The notes below the pieces were generated by a model. That model did not search any database and was not told where the DNA came from. It saw only the letters and a program-made list of their open reading frames with translations. A program made the position numbers and the translations under genes. 64,000 nt of DNA. It comes from a virus. Positions within the stretch are counted from its first letter, which is position 1. Each line of letters opens with the position of its first letter. Shown piece by piece: positions 7,875-16,793 of this stretch. The DNA lies in the IMG/VR virus record IMGVR_UViG_3300006147_000378, positions 1 through 64,000 of that record; one strand, 5' to 3'.

Positions 7875-8428
7875 CCAGAGATGAATTTATCAATGGGGTC
7901 GATACCTGGTACGATTTGAGGGAGTTCTGCGACGAGCACGGCTGCTCGATTTGCGAGGACATCATCGATGATGACGACCGTGATGACGAAATCGACAGCG
8001 ATGTCGAGGATGCTATCCGCAACGACCGTTGGTACGACATCAAGGGCTACCTGGAAGACATTCCAACAGGTTACAGCTACTATCGGCGTGACGGCAGGTT
8101 TGACTATGTGGGCATGGATGACAATGACTTCGAGGAATACAAGTCCGATGTCCTTGAGTGGGCTGACAATGAAGGCGATATCTGGGAGACAGACCCAGAG
8201 GACGAAGATGAGGACTATGATGTCTTCGAGGCGGAGCTTGAGGCCGATGCCGCCGCTTCCGCTGCTGCCGCCGAGGAAGAGCCTGGCCCCGAAGCCGAGG
8301 ATTTCTCTGTCGGCGACCTGATGGGTATGTGCTGCGTTGCCTTCGTCACAATCAAGGAGGCCGATGCTCAGCGTGTCCAGGAAGAAGAGCAGAATCTTCA
8401 GCAGCTCTATCCGAAGGTCTTAAAGTAA
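7871..8428 (+). CDS. highly acidic protein (D/E-rich; candidate DNA-mimic anti-restriction protein)
   Basis: composition seen directly; runs of D/E. Confidence 0.55.
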   Translation: MTRDEFINGVDTWYDLREFCDEHGCSICEDIIDDDDRDDEIDSDVEDAIRNDRWYDIKGYLEDIPTGYSYYRRDGRFDYVGMDDNDFEEYKSDVLEWADNEGDIWETDPEDEDEDYDVFEAELEADAAASAAAAEEEPGPEAEDFSVGDLMGMCCVAFVTIKEADAQRVQEEEQNLQQLYPKVLK

Positions 8429-8513
8429 GGTCACAACGCATTTGCGTTTTGATAAGCAGTACCCGTGTAGATTGACTGCACTTACATAGCAATAGCGGAA
8501 AATGGTGCAGTAT

Positions 8514-8533
8514 CTTCTCGCCAAAGGCAGAAG
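8514..8533 (+). repeat. recurrent stem-loop motif copy 4 (CTTCTcGCC-AAA-GGCAGAAG)
   Basis: covarying copy. Confidence 0.5.
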
Positions 8534-8576
8534 AATAAACTTGGGTTCTTCGCTTTTTGAGTTCGCAATCCGACCA

Positions 8577-8610
8577 AACTAAATCATTTTCGGCGAAAAT
8601 GATTTAGTTA
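8577..8610 (+). promoter_or_regulatory. perfect 15-bp stem hairpin (AACTAAATCATTTTC-GGCG-GAAAATGATTTAGTT) in leader of NAD operon; no U tract
   Basis: inverted repeat seen directly. Confidence 0.5.
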
Positions 8611-8720
8611 GGCGGATTACTTCACCAAAAAGCGTCGCTCAGTGCACACGCCTCGCTGTCCTGTTATAAGCTTCGGCGTGCAGACGGGTATTTACGATGA
8701 TTTGGGAACGGAGGTGGCAC

Positions 8721-8873
8721 ATGACTGAGAAGAATAAGAAAAAGCAAAATGCGAAAAAGATACACAATTTTTGGACGTGTGCCCGCCCCGTTACCCAGAT
8801 TGTCCCCAACAAAAAAGCATATAACCGTAAGCGAAACAAAGATAACATCAACAAAGGGAGAGACAGCTCATGA
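8721..8873 (+). CDS. small basic peptide (50 aa, K-rich), stop overlaps nicotinamidase start (ATGA)
   Basis: strong RBS GGAGGTG 6 nt upstream of ATG; translational coupling. Confidence 0.35.
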   Translation: MTEKNKKKQNAKKIHNFWTCARPVTQIVPNKKAYNRKRNKDNINKGRDSS

Positions 8874-9421
8874 AATGTCTGGTTGTAGTAGATATGCAGA
8901 ACGATTTCATTGACGGTTCGCTGGGAACGGCGGAAGCCAAGGCCATCGTTGAGAATGTTGTTCAGAAAATCAACGGCTTTGACGGTCTGATTGCGGTCAC
9001 GCAGGACACGCATCCGGCCAACTACCTTAAAACTCAGGAGGGGCACCTGCTTCCCGTCGAGCACTGCATCGAGGGAACTGATGGCTGGAAGCTGAACCCG
9101 GCGGTATATGATGCCATTGATAAGCGGCATGATTCCGGCACACCTGTCGAGTCGTTCTTCAAACCCACCTTCGGTTCTGTGCGGCTCAGTGAGTGGCTGG
9201 CAAACAAGGACTGCGGCGACCCCGTGGAGGAGGTTGTGCTGATTGGTCTCTGTACCGACATCTGTGTCGTTTCCAATGCCCTGCTGGTTAAGGCCGTTCT
9301 GCCGGAGGCCAAGGTTACGGTAGACGCCGCCTGTTGTGCTGGTGTAACGCCGGAGAGCCACGCTGCCGCACTCAAGACCATGCAGATGTGCCAGGTGAAC
9401 GTTGAGAACTGGGAGGGATAA
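8870..9421 (+). CDS. isochorismatase-family hydrolase, nicotinamidase (PncA)-like
   Basis: MKCLVVVDMQNDF... and catalytic Cys region LIGLCTDICV. Confidence 0.75.
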   Translation: MKCLVVVDMQNDFIDGSLGTAEAKAIVENVVQKINGFDGLIAVTQDTHPANYLKTQEGHLLPVEHCIEGTDGWKLNPAVYDAIDKRHDSGTPVESFFKPTFGSVRLSEWLANKDCGDPVEEVVLIGLCTDICVVSNALLVKAVLPEAKVTVDAACCAGVTPESHAAALKTMQMCQVNVENWEG

Positions 9422-9424
9422 AAG

Positions 9425-10231
9425 ATGATTTTGGTAAACGGAAAGCCTTTGACACCCACCCAGTTTCCCGACAACACATCATCCTTCCGCTTCGATGTAA
9501 ACGAGAGTGTCAACAACCTGGAATGGGAGCGGTATGAAATTGAATGGCGCTATGACAGCGATACCGAGTGCATCCTGCTGTGGTATCTGGTGAATCATAT
9601 CCGCTCTGTTGCGGGCTGTGACGCCATCATTTACCTCTACCTGCCCTATATTCCCAACGCCAGAATGGACAGAGTGAAGAACGAGGATGAGGTGTTCACA
9701 CTGAAATGGTTTGCCAACTTCATCAACGAGCTTTGCTTCGAGCGGGTCGTTGTGCTTGACCCGCACTCCAACGTGGCGACGGCACTCATCAACAATGTGC
9801 TTGTCAATCAGCCGGATGGACTCATCCAAGAGGCAATCGACGCCATCGGCGCAGATGACCTCCTGCTTTGCTACCCGGACGAGGGTGCTGCCAAGCGATA
9901 TTCCGAGCTGATGAAGGCCGAGTATATCTTTGGCATCAAACACCGGGATTGGCGTTCTGGCAAGATTGAACGGTTGGAGTTGACCACACCTGAGAAGGTG
10001 GCGGGTCATACAGTCCTGATTGTGGATGATATCTGCTCCCGTGGCGGCACATTCACGCATACGGCCACCGCATTGAGGGAGGCCGGGGCCAAGGCGATTT
10101 ACCTGTATGTCACGCACTGTGAGAGCACCATCTTCAAGGGTTCTGTGTTGACGGATGGTATGATTCAGCACGTTTTTACAACCAACAGCATCTATCGTGG
10201 CGAGCACGAGATGGTGACTGTGTTAGAGTAA
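9425..10231 (+). CDS. ribose-phosphate pyrophosphokinase (Prs)-like PRTase-fold protein; possibly the ADPR-pyrophosphate synthetase of an NAD+ reconstitution pathway
   Basis: PRTase motif VLIVDDICSRGGT; Prs-like PYxxxARxDR and DLH blocks. Confidence 0.75.
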   Translation: MILVNGKPLTPTQFPDNTSSFRFDVNESVNNLEWERYEIEWRYDSDTECILLWYLVNHIRSVAGCDAIIYLYLPYIPNARMDRVKNEDEVFTLKWFANFINELCFERVVVLDPHSNVATALINNVLVNQPDGLIQEAIDAIGADDLLLCYPDEGAAKRYSELMKAEYIFGIKHRDWRSGKIERLELTTPEKVAGHTVLIVDDICSRGGTFTHTATALREAGAKAIYLYVTHCESTIFKGSVLTDGMIQHVFTTNSIYRGEHEMVTVLE

Positions 10232-10250
10232 CTGCGGAGGAGGGTGTATT

Positions 10251-10865
10251 ATGTCCGCAAATTTCGATGCAAGCAAAATGTATACATATCTCAAAGGGTA
10301 TGCAATGGGATTGGAGTGGCATGATACACTCGAAGCCCTTTCGTTTGCCAGGGTCGCACATAAAGACCAACGCCGCAAAAGCGGCGAACCGTATATTGTC
10401 CATCCTTTGACGGTTGCAAGCCATGCGGTGGCACTTGGAATTAAGGAGGATACAATCGTTGCGGCAGCAATTCTTCACGATGTTGTTGAGGATTGCGGTG
10501 TCAAAGCGGAGAATCTTCCTGTTTCTATGGACACGAGAGATGCGGTTCGCAGGCTCACGCATATCAAGGGCGAGCCTCTCGGCCCGTATTACCGTGAAAT
10601 TGGAGAGAACAGGGCCGCATCTATTGTAAAATTGTTGGATAGATGCGATAATGTATCTACCATGGCGGGCGTTTTTTCAGTAGAAAAGGTCGCACAGTAC
10701 ATCGGTGAAACGCGGCAGTTTGTTCTTCCGCTGTTGCGGGAGACAAAAGACAAGTGGCCAAATGACTCGAACGCACTCTTCGTGTTGAAATATCACATTA
10801 TGTCGGTTATTGATGGCCTTGAGGTCTGCCTGCAAGTAAAGAATGAGGTGGGTACAAATGCTTGA
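10251..10865 (+). CDS. HD-domain hydrolase of RelA/SpoT (p)ppGpp-hydrolase type (small alarmone hydrolase-like)
   Basis: HPLTVASHAVALG...AAILHDVVED HD motif. Confidence 0.7.
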   Translation: MSANFDASKMYTYLKGYAMGLEWHDTLEALSFARVAHKDQRRKSGEPYIVHPLTVASHAVALGIKEDTIVAAAILHDVVEDCGVKAENLPVSMDTRDAVRRLTHIKGEPLGPYYREIGENRAASIVKLLDRCDNVSTMAGVFSVEKVAQYIGETRQFVLPLLRETKDKWPNDSNALFVLKYHIMSVIDGLEVCLQVKNEVGTNA

Positions 10866-12063
10866 ACTCCAAGGAAAATTCGCAACCGCAAAAGTTTTCA
10901 CTGATGTGGTTGATAACGAATCCATTTCGCAGGTCATCAATCTCCTGAACCAGCCATATGCGGAAGGTGCCCATGTCCGCATGATGCCCGACATCCACGC
11001 TGGGGCAGGATGTACCATTGGCACTACCATGACTATTAAGGACAAGATTTGCCCGAACCTTGTGGGTGTGGACATCGGTTGTGGTATGGAGACAATCAAA
11101 ATCAAGGAAGACCACATCGAGCCGCAGAAACTGGATACCGTCATCCGTGATGGCATCCCTTCCGGGTTTTCTATCCGGGATAAGGCTCATCGGTTCTCCT
11201 CCGAGATTGACTTGGCCGAGCTGTATTGTGCCAAGCAGGTCAACATTGACCGTGCGCTGTGTAGCATTGGGACTTTGGGCGGCGGCAACCATTTCATCGA
11301 AGCGGACAAGGATGATGATGGTAACATCTATATCGTCGTCCACTCCGGCAGTCGGCATCTGGGGCTACAGATTGCCAACTACTATCAGGAGGCCGCATAC
11401 AAAGCACTCACCAGTTACAGCCAGGAGGAAATCGATGCTGTTATTACCCAACTCAAAGCAGAGGGGCGGCAAAAGGAAATCCAAAAGGCTTTGAAGCAGC
11501 TCAAGTCGAAGCATAGCCCGGTTCCGAAGCCGCTGGCCTATGTTGAGGGAGAGCTGTTTGACCAGTATATCCACGACATGAAGATTGCCCAGCAGTATGC
11601 TGAACTCAACCGCCGGGCAATGATGGATGTGATTGTGAAGGGCATGGGTTTCCATGTTGTCGAGCAGTTTACCACCATCCACAACTACATTGATGTGGAC
11701 AACATGATTCTTCGGAAGGGTGCTGTGTCCGCTCGGGCTGGGGAACGTCTGCTCATCCCCATCAACATGAGAGATGGTAGCCTGATTTGCACCGGCAAAG
11801 GGAACGAGGACTGGAACTGTTCTGCGCCCCATGGCGCTGGACGCCTGATGAGCCGGAGCGCTGCAAAGGAGACCTTCACAGTTTCCGAGTTTAAGAAGCA
11901 GATGGACGGTATCTATACCACATCTGTTGGCCGCAGCACTCTTGATGAGTGCCCGATGGCCTACAAGAACATGGCCGATATCGTGGACAACATCGACCCG
12001 ACGGCGGAGATTAACGCAATCATCAAGCCAATCTACAATTTCAAAGCAGGTGATGACGAATGA
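10858..12063 (+). CDS. rtcB: RNA 3'-phosphate/2',3'-cyclic phosphate ligase RtcB
   Basis: MPDIHAGAGCTIG and GGGNHFIE motifs. Confidence 0.85.
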   Translation: MLELQGKFATAKVFTDVVDNESISQVINLLNQPYAEGAHVRMMPDIHAGAGCTIGTTMTIKDKICPNLVGVDIGCGMETIKIKEDHIEPQKLDTVIRDGIPSGFSIRDKAHRFSSEIDLAELYCAKQVNIDRALCSIGTLGGGNHFIEADKDDDGNIYIVVHSGSRHLGLQIANYYQEAAYKALTSYSQEEIDAVITQLKAEGRQKEIQKALKQLKSKHSPVPKPLAYVEGELFDQYIHDMKIAQQYAELNRRAMMDVIVKGMGFHVVEQFTTIHNYIDVDNMILRKGAVSARAGERLLIPINMRDGSLICTGKGNEDWNCSAPHGAGRLMSRSAAKETFTVSEFKKQMDGIYTTSVGRSTLDECPMAYKNMADIVDNIDPTAEINAIIKPIYNFKAGDDE

Positions 12064-12168
12064 GTGGCTTCGACTGGCGGGGCTATTTAATGTTCTGTGC
12101 ATACATCTGTTTCCTTATTGGCTATACCATCTTCGTCGGCAAACAATTAACAAAGAGGTGGAAGTAAC

Positions 12169-13656
12169 ATGATTCACTACAATCCTTTGCTCTGCCTGGA
12201 TTTCTACAAGACGGCCCACGCAGAGCAGTATCCGCAGACTTTGACCAAGATGGTCTCCTACTATACACCACGCATGACTCGGCTTGGCGATACCGACAAG
12301 GTGACGATGTTCGGTCTCCAGGCATTCATCAAGGAATATCTCAGAGACTCATTTGACATCTGTTTCTTCCAAGAGGACTGGGAGGATGTTTTGGATGACT
12401 ACAAGCGTGTTCTCAACGCTACCATCAACACCGATGGCGTCGGTGTCCAGCGGCTGAAAGCTCTGCACGACCTCGGCTATCTGCCTTTGGAGATTAGGGC
12501 TGTGCCGGAAGGTGTTCGCACTAATATCAAAGTACCGCAAATCGAAATCTCCAATACCCACCCGGATTTCGTGTGGCTGGTCAACTCCATCGAGACCATG
12601 CTTTCCTGCACTATGTGGCACACCCAGGTTTCCGCTGAGGTGGGTTATCGCTACCGTCAAATCGTCAATGAGTACGCCGAGCGCACCTGTGATGACAGTG
12701 TGGTTCGGGCACGGCTCCTTGGCGATTTTTCTATGCGCGGTCAGGAGAGTGTAGAGAGCGCCACCAAGAGCTCCGCCGCTTTCTGCCTCAGTTTCCTGAA
12801 CACGGCCACCGTACCCGCTATTCTTTGGCTGGAGGATAACTACGACTGCGACTGTGTGCATGAGCCAGTTGCATATGGTGCTCTGTCCACCGAACACAGC
12901 GTTATGTGCTCCAACTTTGCCATTGATGGCGATGAGATTACCCATATTCGCCGTCTGCTGACTGAAATCTATCCACACCAGAGCTTCTCTATGGTCAGCG
13001 ACAGTTATGACTACTGGAATCTGGTGGACAATATCCTGCCGCAACTCAAGGATGAGATTCTGGCGCATGACGGGTGCATCTCCATCCGTGGCGACAGCGG
13101 TGACCCGGTTCAGGTTGTGACCGAGACCGTGTTCCGCCTGTGGGATATCTTTGGCGGCACTGTGAACAGTAAGGGGTTCAAGGTTTTGGACTCTCATGTC
13201 AAGGCGCTGTATGGCGACAGCATCACGCCGCAGCGTTGCCAGCAGGTCTATCAGATTCTGGAGGACAATGGGTTTGCTATCAACAACGTGGCGCTGGGTG
13301 TCGGTTCCTTCTCTATGCAATGTCTTGAGACAATGGACGCTGAACAGAAGTCCTATGCTCCATATACCCGTGATACCTTCGGTATCGCCGTGAAGGCAAC
13401 CTATGCAGAGGACGCTGACGGCAAACCCATCATGATTTTCAAGAACCCCAAAACCGACACCGGCCATTTTAAGAAATCCCAGCGTGGCTGTTGCCGTGTG
13501 GTCAAGGACGGCGACAACTACACATATGAGGATGGCCTGACTTGGGCCGAGGCTCAGGAGAACAATGAGCTTCAGACCGTGTTCAAGAATGGTGATATCA
13601 TCAAGAGGTTTACGCTGGATGAAGTGCGTCAGAACCTCCATGGAGGCCAGTTCTGA
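12169..13656 (+). CDS. nicotinamide phosphoribosyltransferase (NAMPT/NadV)-family protein; possibly a nicotinamide ADPR-transferase
   Basis: N-terminal LCLDFYKTAHAEQYP typical of NAMPT family; ~495 aa. Confidence 0.8.
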   Translation: MIHYNPLLCLDFYKTAHAEQYPQTLTKMVSYYTPRMTRLGDTDKVTMFGLQAFIKEYLRDSFDICFFQEDWEDVLDDYKRVLNATINTDGVGVQRLKALHDLGYLPLEIRAVPEGVRTNIKVPQIEISNTHPDFVWLVNSIETMLSCTMWHTQVSAEVGYRYRQIVNEYAERTCDDSVVRARLLGDFSMRGQESVESATKSSAAFCLSFLNTATVPAILWLEDNYDCDCVHEPVAYGALSTEHSVMCSNFAIDGDEITHIRRLLTEIYPHQSFSMVSDSYDYWNLVDNILPQLKDEILAHDGCISIRGDSGDPVQVVTETVFRLWDIFGGTVNSKGFKVLDSHVKALYGDSITPQRCQQVYQILEDNGFAINNVALGVGSFSMQCLETMDAEQKSYAPYTRDTFGIAVKATYAEDADGKPIMIFKNPKTDTGHFKKSQRGCCRVVKDGDNYTYEDGLTWAEAQENNELQTVFKNGDIIKRFTLDEVRQNLHGGQF

Positions 13657-14138
13657 TGGCGGTCAAAGTCATTGATGGCGACCTGTTCCAAACAACCGCT
13701 CCTACCATCTGCCACCAGGTAAATTGCCGTGGCAAGATGGGGAGCGGTGTTGCAAAACAAATCCGTGAGCTGTACCCATTGGCGTATGAGCGCTATCGGC
13801 TTGCTTACAATCGAGAGAAGAGCAACCCGAGTGGGTTGCTTGGCCGCATCCAGCACGTCTGCTGCAAGGACGAGCGAACCGAGACTGGTTTGAGAACCAT
13901 CGTCAATATGTTCGCTCAAGACAGGTACGGATATGATGGTCAATGCTACACGGACTATAAGGCTTTTGAATACTGCCTTGAAAAGCTCAAACACATTGTT
14001 CCTGCCGGTTCTGCGATTGCCATGCCATATAAGATTGGCTGCGGTCTCGCTGGTGGAGACTGGAATATCGTGTATGCTCTAATTGACCGAGTTCTCGGCC
14101 AGCAGTACACGGTGGAACTTTGGAGAAAAGAGGGATAG
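13656..14138 (+). CDS. macro-domain protein (ADP-ribose binding/processing)
   Basis: ICHQVNCRGKMGSGVAKQI glycine-rich macro motif. Confidence 0.7.
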   Translation: MAVKVIDGDLFQTTAPTICHQVNCRGKMGSGVAKQIRELYPLAYERYRLAYNREKSNPSGLLGRIQHVCCKDERTETGLRTIVNMFAQDRYGYDGQCYTDYKAFEYCLEKLKHIVPAGSAIAMPYKIGCGLAGGDWNIVYALIDRVLGQQYTVELWRKEG

Positions 14139-14140
14139 CT

Positions 14141-14881
14141 ATGCTGTATAACCCTGAGAAAATAAAAAACGACCTTGTCCAGTGGATTAGGGACTACTTC
14201 GCCGAGAACGGCCCAAGGTGCAGCGCTGTCGTGGGTATTTCTGGCGGCAAAGACAGCACCATCGTCGCCGCCTTGTGCGTCGAAGCGCTTGGCAAAGACC
14301 GGGTGGTCGGCGTCCTTATGCCGAACACAGAGCAAAATGACATCCTGGACAGCTACAAGCTGGTGGAACACCTTGGCATCGAGTACAAGTTTGTAAACAT
14401 CGGCGAGTCCGTCAATGCGCTGCTTCTTCGCCTGGAGGAGGTTGCGCAGGTAAGTGAGCAGACAAGGGTGAATCTCCCGGCCAGAATCCGCATGGCAACA
14501 CTGTATGCCATCGCCCAATCTCTGCCTAACGGCGGTCGTGTTGCCAATACCTGCAACAGGTCTGAGGATTTTGTAGGTTACTCCACCAAGTTTGGTGACA
14601 GTGCTGGCGACTTCAGCCCACTTGCCAATCTTATGGTAGATGAGGTAAAGCAGATTGGGCATGAGCTTTCACTGCCCGCCGACCTGGTTGATAAGATGCC
14701 GTCCGATGGCCTATGCGGTAAGACCGACGAGGACAATCTTGGTTTTACATACGCACAACTCGATACCTACATCAATTTTGGGTCATGCGGTGATGAGGAA
14801 ATTGACCGCAAAATTGCGGCCATGCACAAGTGCAACCTTCACAAGCTGGAGCCCATGCCCTCCTTCCGTGGTTGGAGATGA
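14141..14881 (+). CDS. nadE: NH3-dependent NAD+ synthetase NadE
   Basis: PP-loop SGGKDS plus NadE-specific blocks aligned by eye to B. subtilis NadE. Confidence 0.8.
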   Translation: MLYNPEKIKNDLVQWIRDYFAENGPRCSAVVGISGGKDSTIVAALCVEALGKDRVVGVLMPNTEQNDILDSYKLVEHLGIEYKFVNIGESVNALLLRLEEVAQVSEQTRVNLPARIRMATLYAIAQSLPNGGRVANTCNRSEDFVGYSTKFGDSAGDFSPLANLMVDEVKQIGHELSLPADLVDKMPSDGLCGKTDEDNLGFTYAQLDTYINFGSCGDEEIDRKIAAMHKCNLHKLEPMPSFRGWR

Positions 14882-14895
14882 CAAAGGAGGTGGCC

Positions 14896-16170
14896 ATGTT
14901 AAACGCTATCACAGCGATTACGGCCTTGCAAGGTGTATCCAGCACATTAAAAAAGCAAGAGGTTTTGCGGGAGTTCAGCGGTAACAAGGACTTCCGCAAA
15001 CTTTTGTATTACGCACTCAATCCCATGCTTACCTACAAGATTTCAGAGCAGACGCTGCGCCGTCCAGTGCGGTATGACCCAGCTATCACCTTGACTATGT
15101 GCGACATCTACGATATTTGCGAAACGCTGTCAAAGCGGAAGGCATTGGATGATGCAACAGTCTATCAGGTGTGTGCTTTTGTGCAGGCGTGCCCACCAGA
15201 GATTACGGAGTTTTACACGAAGCTGCTCAGCAAAACCCTGCGGCTGGGTGTTACTGCAAAGACGGTCAACAAAGTCATTCCGGGACTGATACCTGAATGG
15301 GAAGTCCAACAGGCGTATCCGATTGAAAAGCATCCGTTCCAGAATGGTACATGGTTTACCTTGACACAGAAGCTCAACGGTGTTCGGGCCACCTTCTACA
15401 AAGGAAAGCTAATTGCAAGAAGCGGCCTGCCCTATGAAGGTTTGGAACATATCACGAGCGTGCTTGAGCGAGCCGAGTTTGACGGTCTTGTTTTTGATGG
15501 TGAGCTCACACTTCTGGATAAGGGAGACCTGAGCGACAACGAGGCTTTCCGAAAGGCGACTGGCATCATCAACTCGGACGACGCCGATAAAACCGGCATT
15601 TGTTACACGATTTTTGATGTCATTCGTGAGGAGGACTTCAACAACGGAGAAGTAGGAATGACATATAGTGCACGCCGAACGGCAATGGAAACTATCACCG
15701 TTCTTCTCTCCGGCACCGAGTGTATCGACGTTCTTCCTGTTCTTTACATGGGTACTGACCAGTCCAAGATAGGTGAATTGCTGAAACGGATGGTCAGTGA
15801 GGACAAAGAGGGTCTGATTGTGAACCTGGATGTCCCGTATAAGCGTAAGCGGCACAGCGGCATCCTAAAGGTCAAGGAGTTCTACACAATGGACTTGCCC
15901 ATCATCGAGTGCGAGGAAGGCAGTGGCCGACTGGTTGGCACTCTTGGGGCCTTTGTTCTCAACTACAAGGGGAACGAGGTTCGTGTCGGCTCTGGATTCA
16001 CAGACAAGCAACGAGATGCGTATTGGCGGCGCAGAGAGGAACTTGCTGGGGTTCTCTGCGAGGTCAAGTATAAAGAAATCTCCAGCGACAAGAACACCGG
16101 GGCAGAAAGTCTGCAATTCCCGGTGTTTCTTTCATTACGCACAGATAAGGAAGATGTAAGCTATGGCTAA
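14896..16170 (+). CDS. ATP-dependent DNA ligase (T7-like), motif I variant KLNGVR
   Basis: motifs I KLNGVR, III FDGELT, IV EGLIVN, V ILKVKEF. Confidence 0.75.
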   Translation: MLNAITAITALQGVSSTLKKQEVLREFSGNKDFRKLLYYALNPMLTYKISEQTLRRPVRYDPAITLTMCDIYDICETLSKRKALDDATVYQVCAFVQACPPEITEFYTKLLSKTLRLGVTAKTVNKVIPGLIPEWEVQQAYPIEKHPFQNGTWFTLTQKLNGVRATFYKGKLIARSGLPYEGLEHITSVLERAEFDGLVFDGELTLLDKGDLSDNEAFRKATGIINSDDADKTGICYTIFDVIREEDFNNGEVGMTYSARRTAMETITVLLSGTECIDVLPVLYMGTDQSKIGELLKRMVSEDKEGLIVNLDVPYKRKRHSGILKVKEFYTMDLPIIECEEGSGRLVGTLGAFVLNYKGNEVRVGSGFTDKQRDAYWRRREELAGVLCEVKYKEISSDKNTGAESLQFPVFLSLRTDKEDVSYG

Positions 16171-16321
16171 GTACAAAGTGACGTGTTGCAAGCACGGCGA
16201 GGTCGTGGTCGAGGCCGACAGCGCTGAGAGCGCCGAGGAGATTGCTCAGGCTCTCCCCGACAGCGCCTATAGCTGGCTCAGTGCCGAAGACCACGAGGCA
16301 GCGGAAAAGGTTAGCGAGTAA
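16163..16321 (+). CDS. small acidic hypothetical protein (52 aa)
   Basis: ATG overlapping ligase stop; low support. Confidence 0.25.
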   Translation: MAKYKVTCCKHGEVVVEADSAESAEEIAQALPDSAYSWLSAEDHEAAEKVSE

Positions 16322-16345
16322 ATAGCGGCGAAAGGAGGTTCCACT

Positions 16346-16744
16346 GTGCCAAAGAAGAGACAAAAACCACAGTTTTCGCCGCACATCAGCGAGTTTTGCA
16401 AGTTGATGGAGAATGCGCAGAAGGACTATGTGTGGAACTATGAACAGGTCGGTCGCTTAGACAGGCTGACACAGGACTACCTCCACAAGCTGGAACTTGA
16501 AAACCTCGACTACAGAGAGCGGGCCAAGGTCGCCACCGCCCTTGCAAATTGCAGACGACAGCGTAGAGCCTGCAAGGATACGGTGGAGGTCTTGGAGCCT
16601 CTCGTCCAATTTCTTGAAAGCGACAAAGGCAAAAACCTTTTCAACCTTGTACGCGAGGTGCTCGGAAAGACTCGTAAGACTGAAGAGCGCATGGAAACCC
16701 GTACATATGTACCAAGAGTTTTAGGTCAGGAGGGAGCTACATGA
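16346..16744 (+). CDS. hypothetical protein
   Basis: ORF with RBS AAAGGAGG, GTG start. Confidence 0.5.
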   Translation: MPKKRQKPQFSPHISEFCKLMENAQKDYVWNYEQVGRLDRLTQDYLHKLELENLDYRERAKVATALANCRRQRRACKDTVEVLEPLVQFLESDKGKNLFNLVREVLGKTRKTEERMETRTYVPRVLGQEGAT

Positions 16745-16793
16745 ACATTCCAAGAAGGTCACTACATACTCCATCGGCATCGAGCAGTCCTAT

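Noticed and set aside
8611-8869. Possible NAD+ (nadA-motif) riboswitch in the leader of the nicotinamidase operon
   Set aside because: Could not recognise the conserved nadA-motif elements by eye; kept only as leader with hairpin and small ORF
12349-13641. 430-aa minus-strand ORF
   Set aside because: Fully antisense to the NAMPT-like gene, whose translation has clear family motifs; antisense ORF has none
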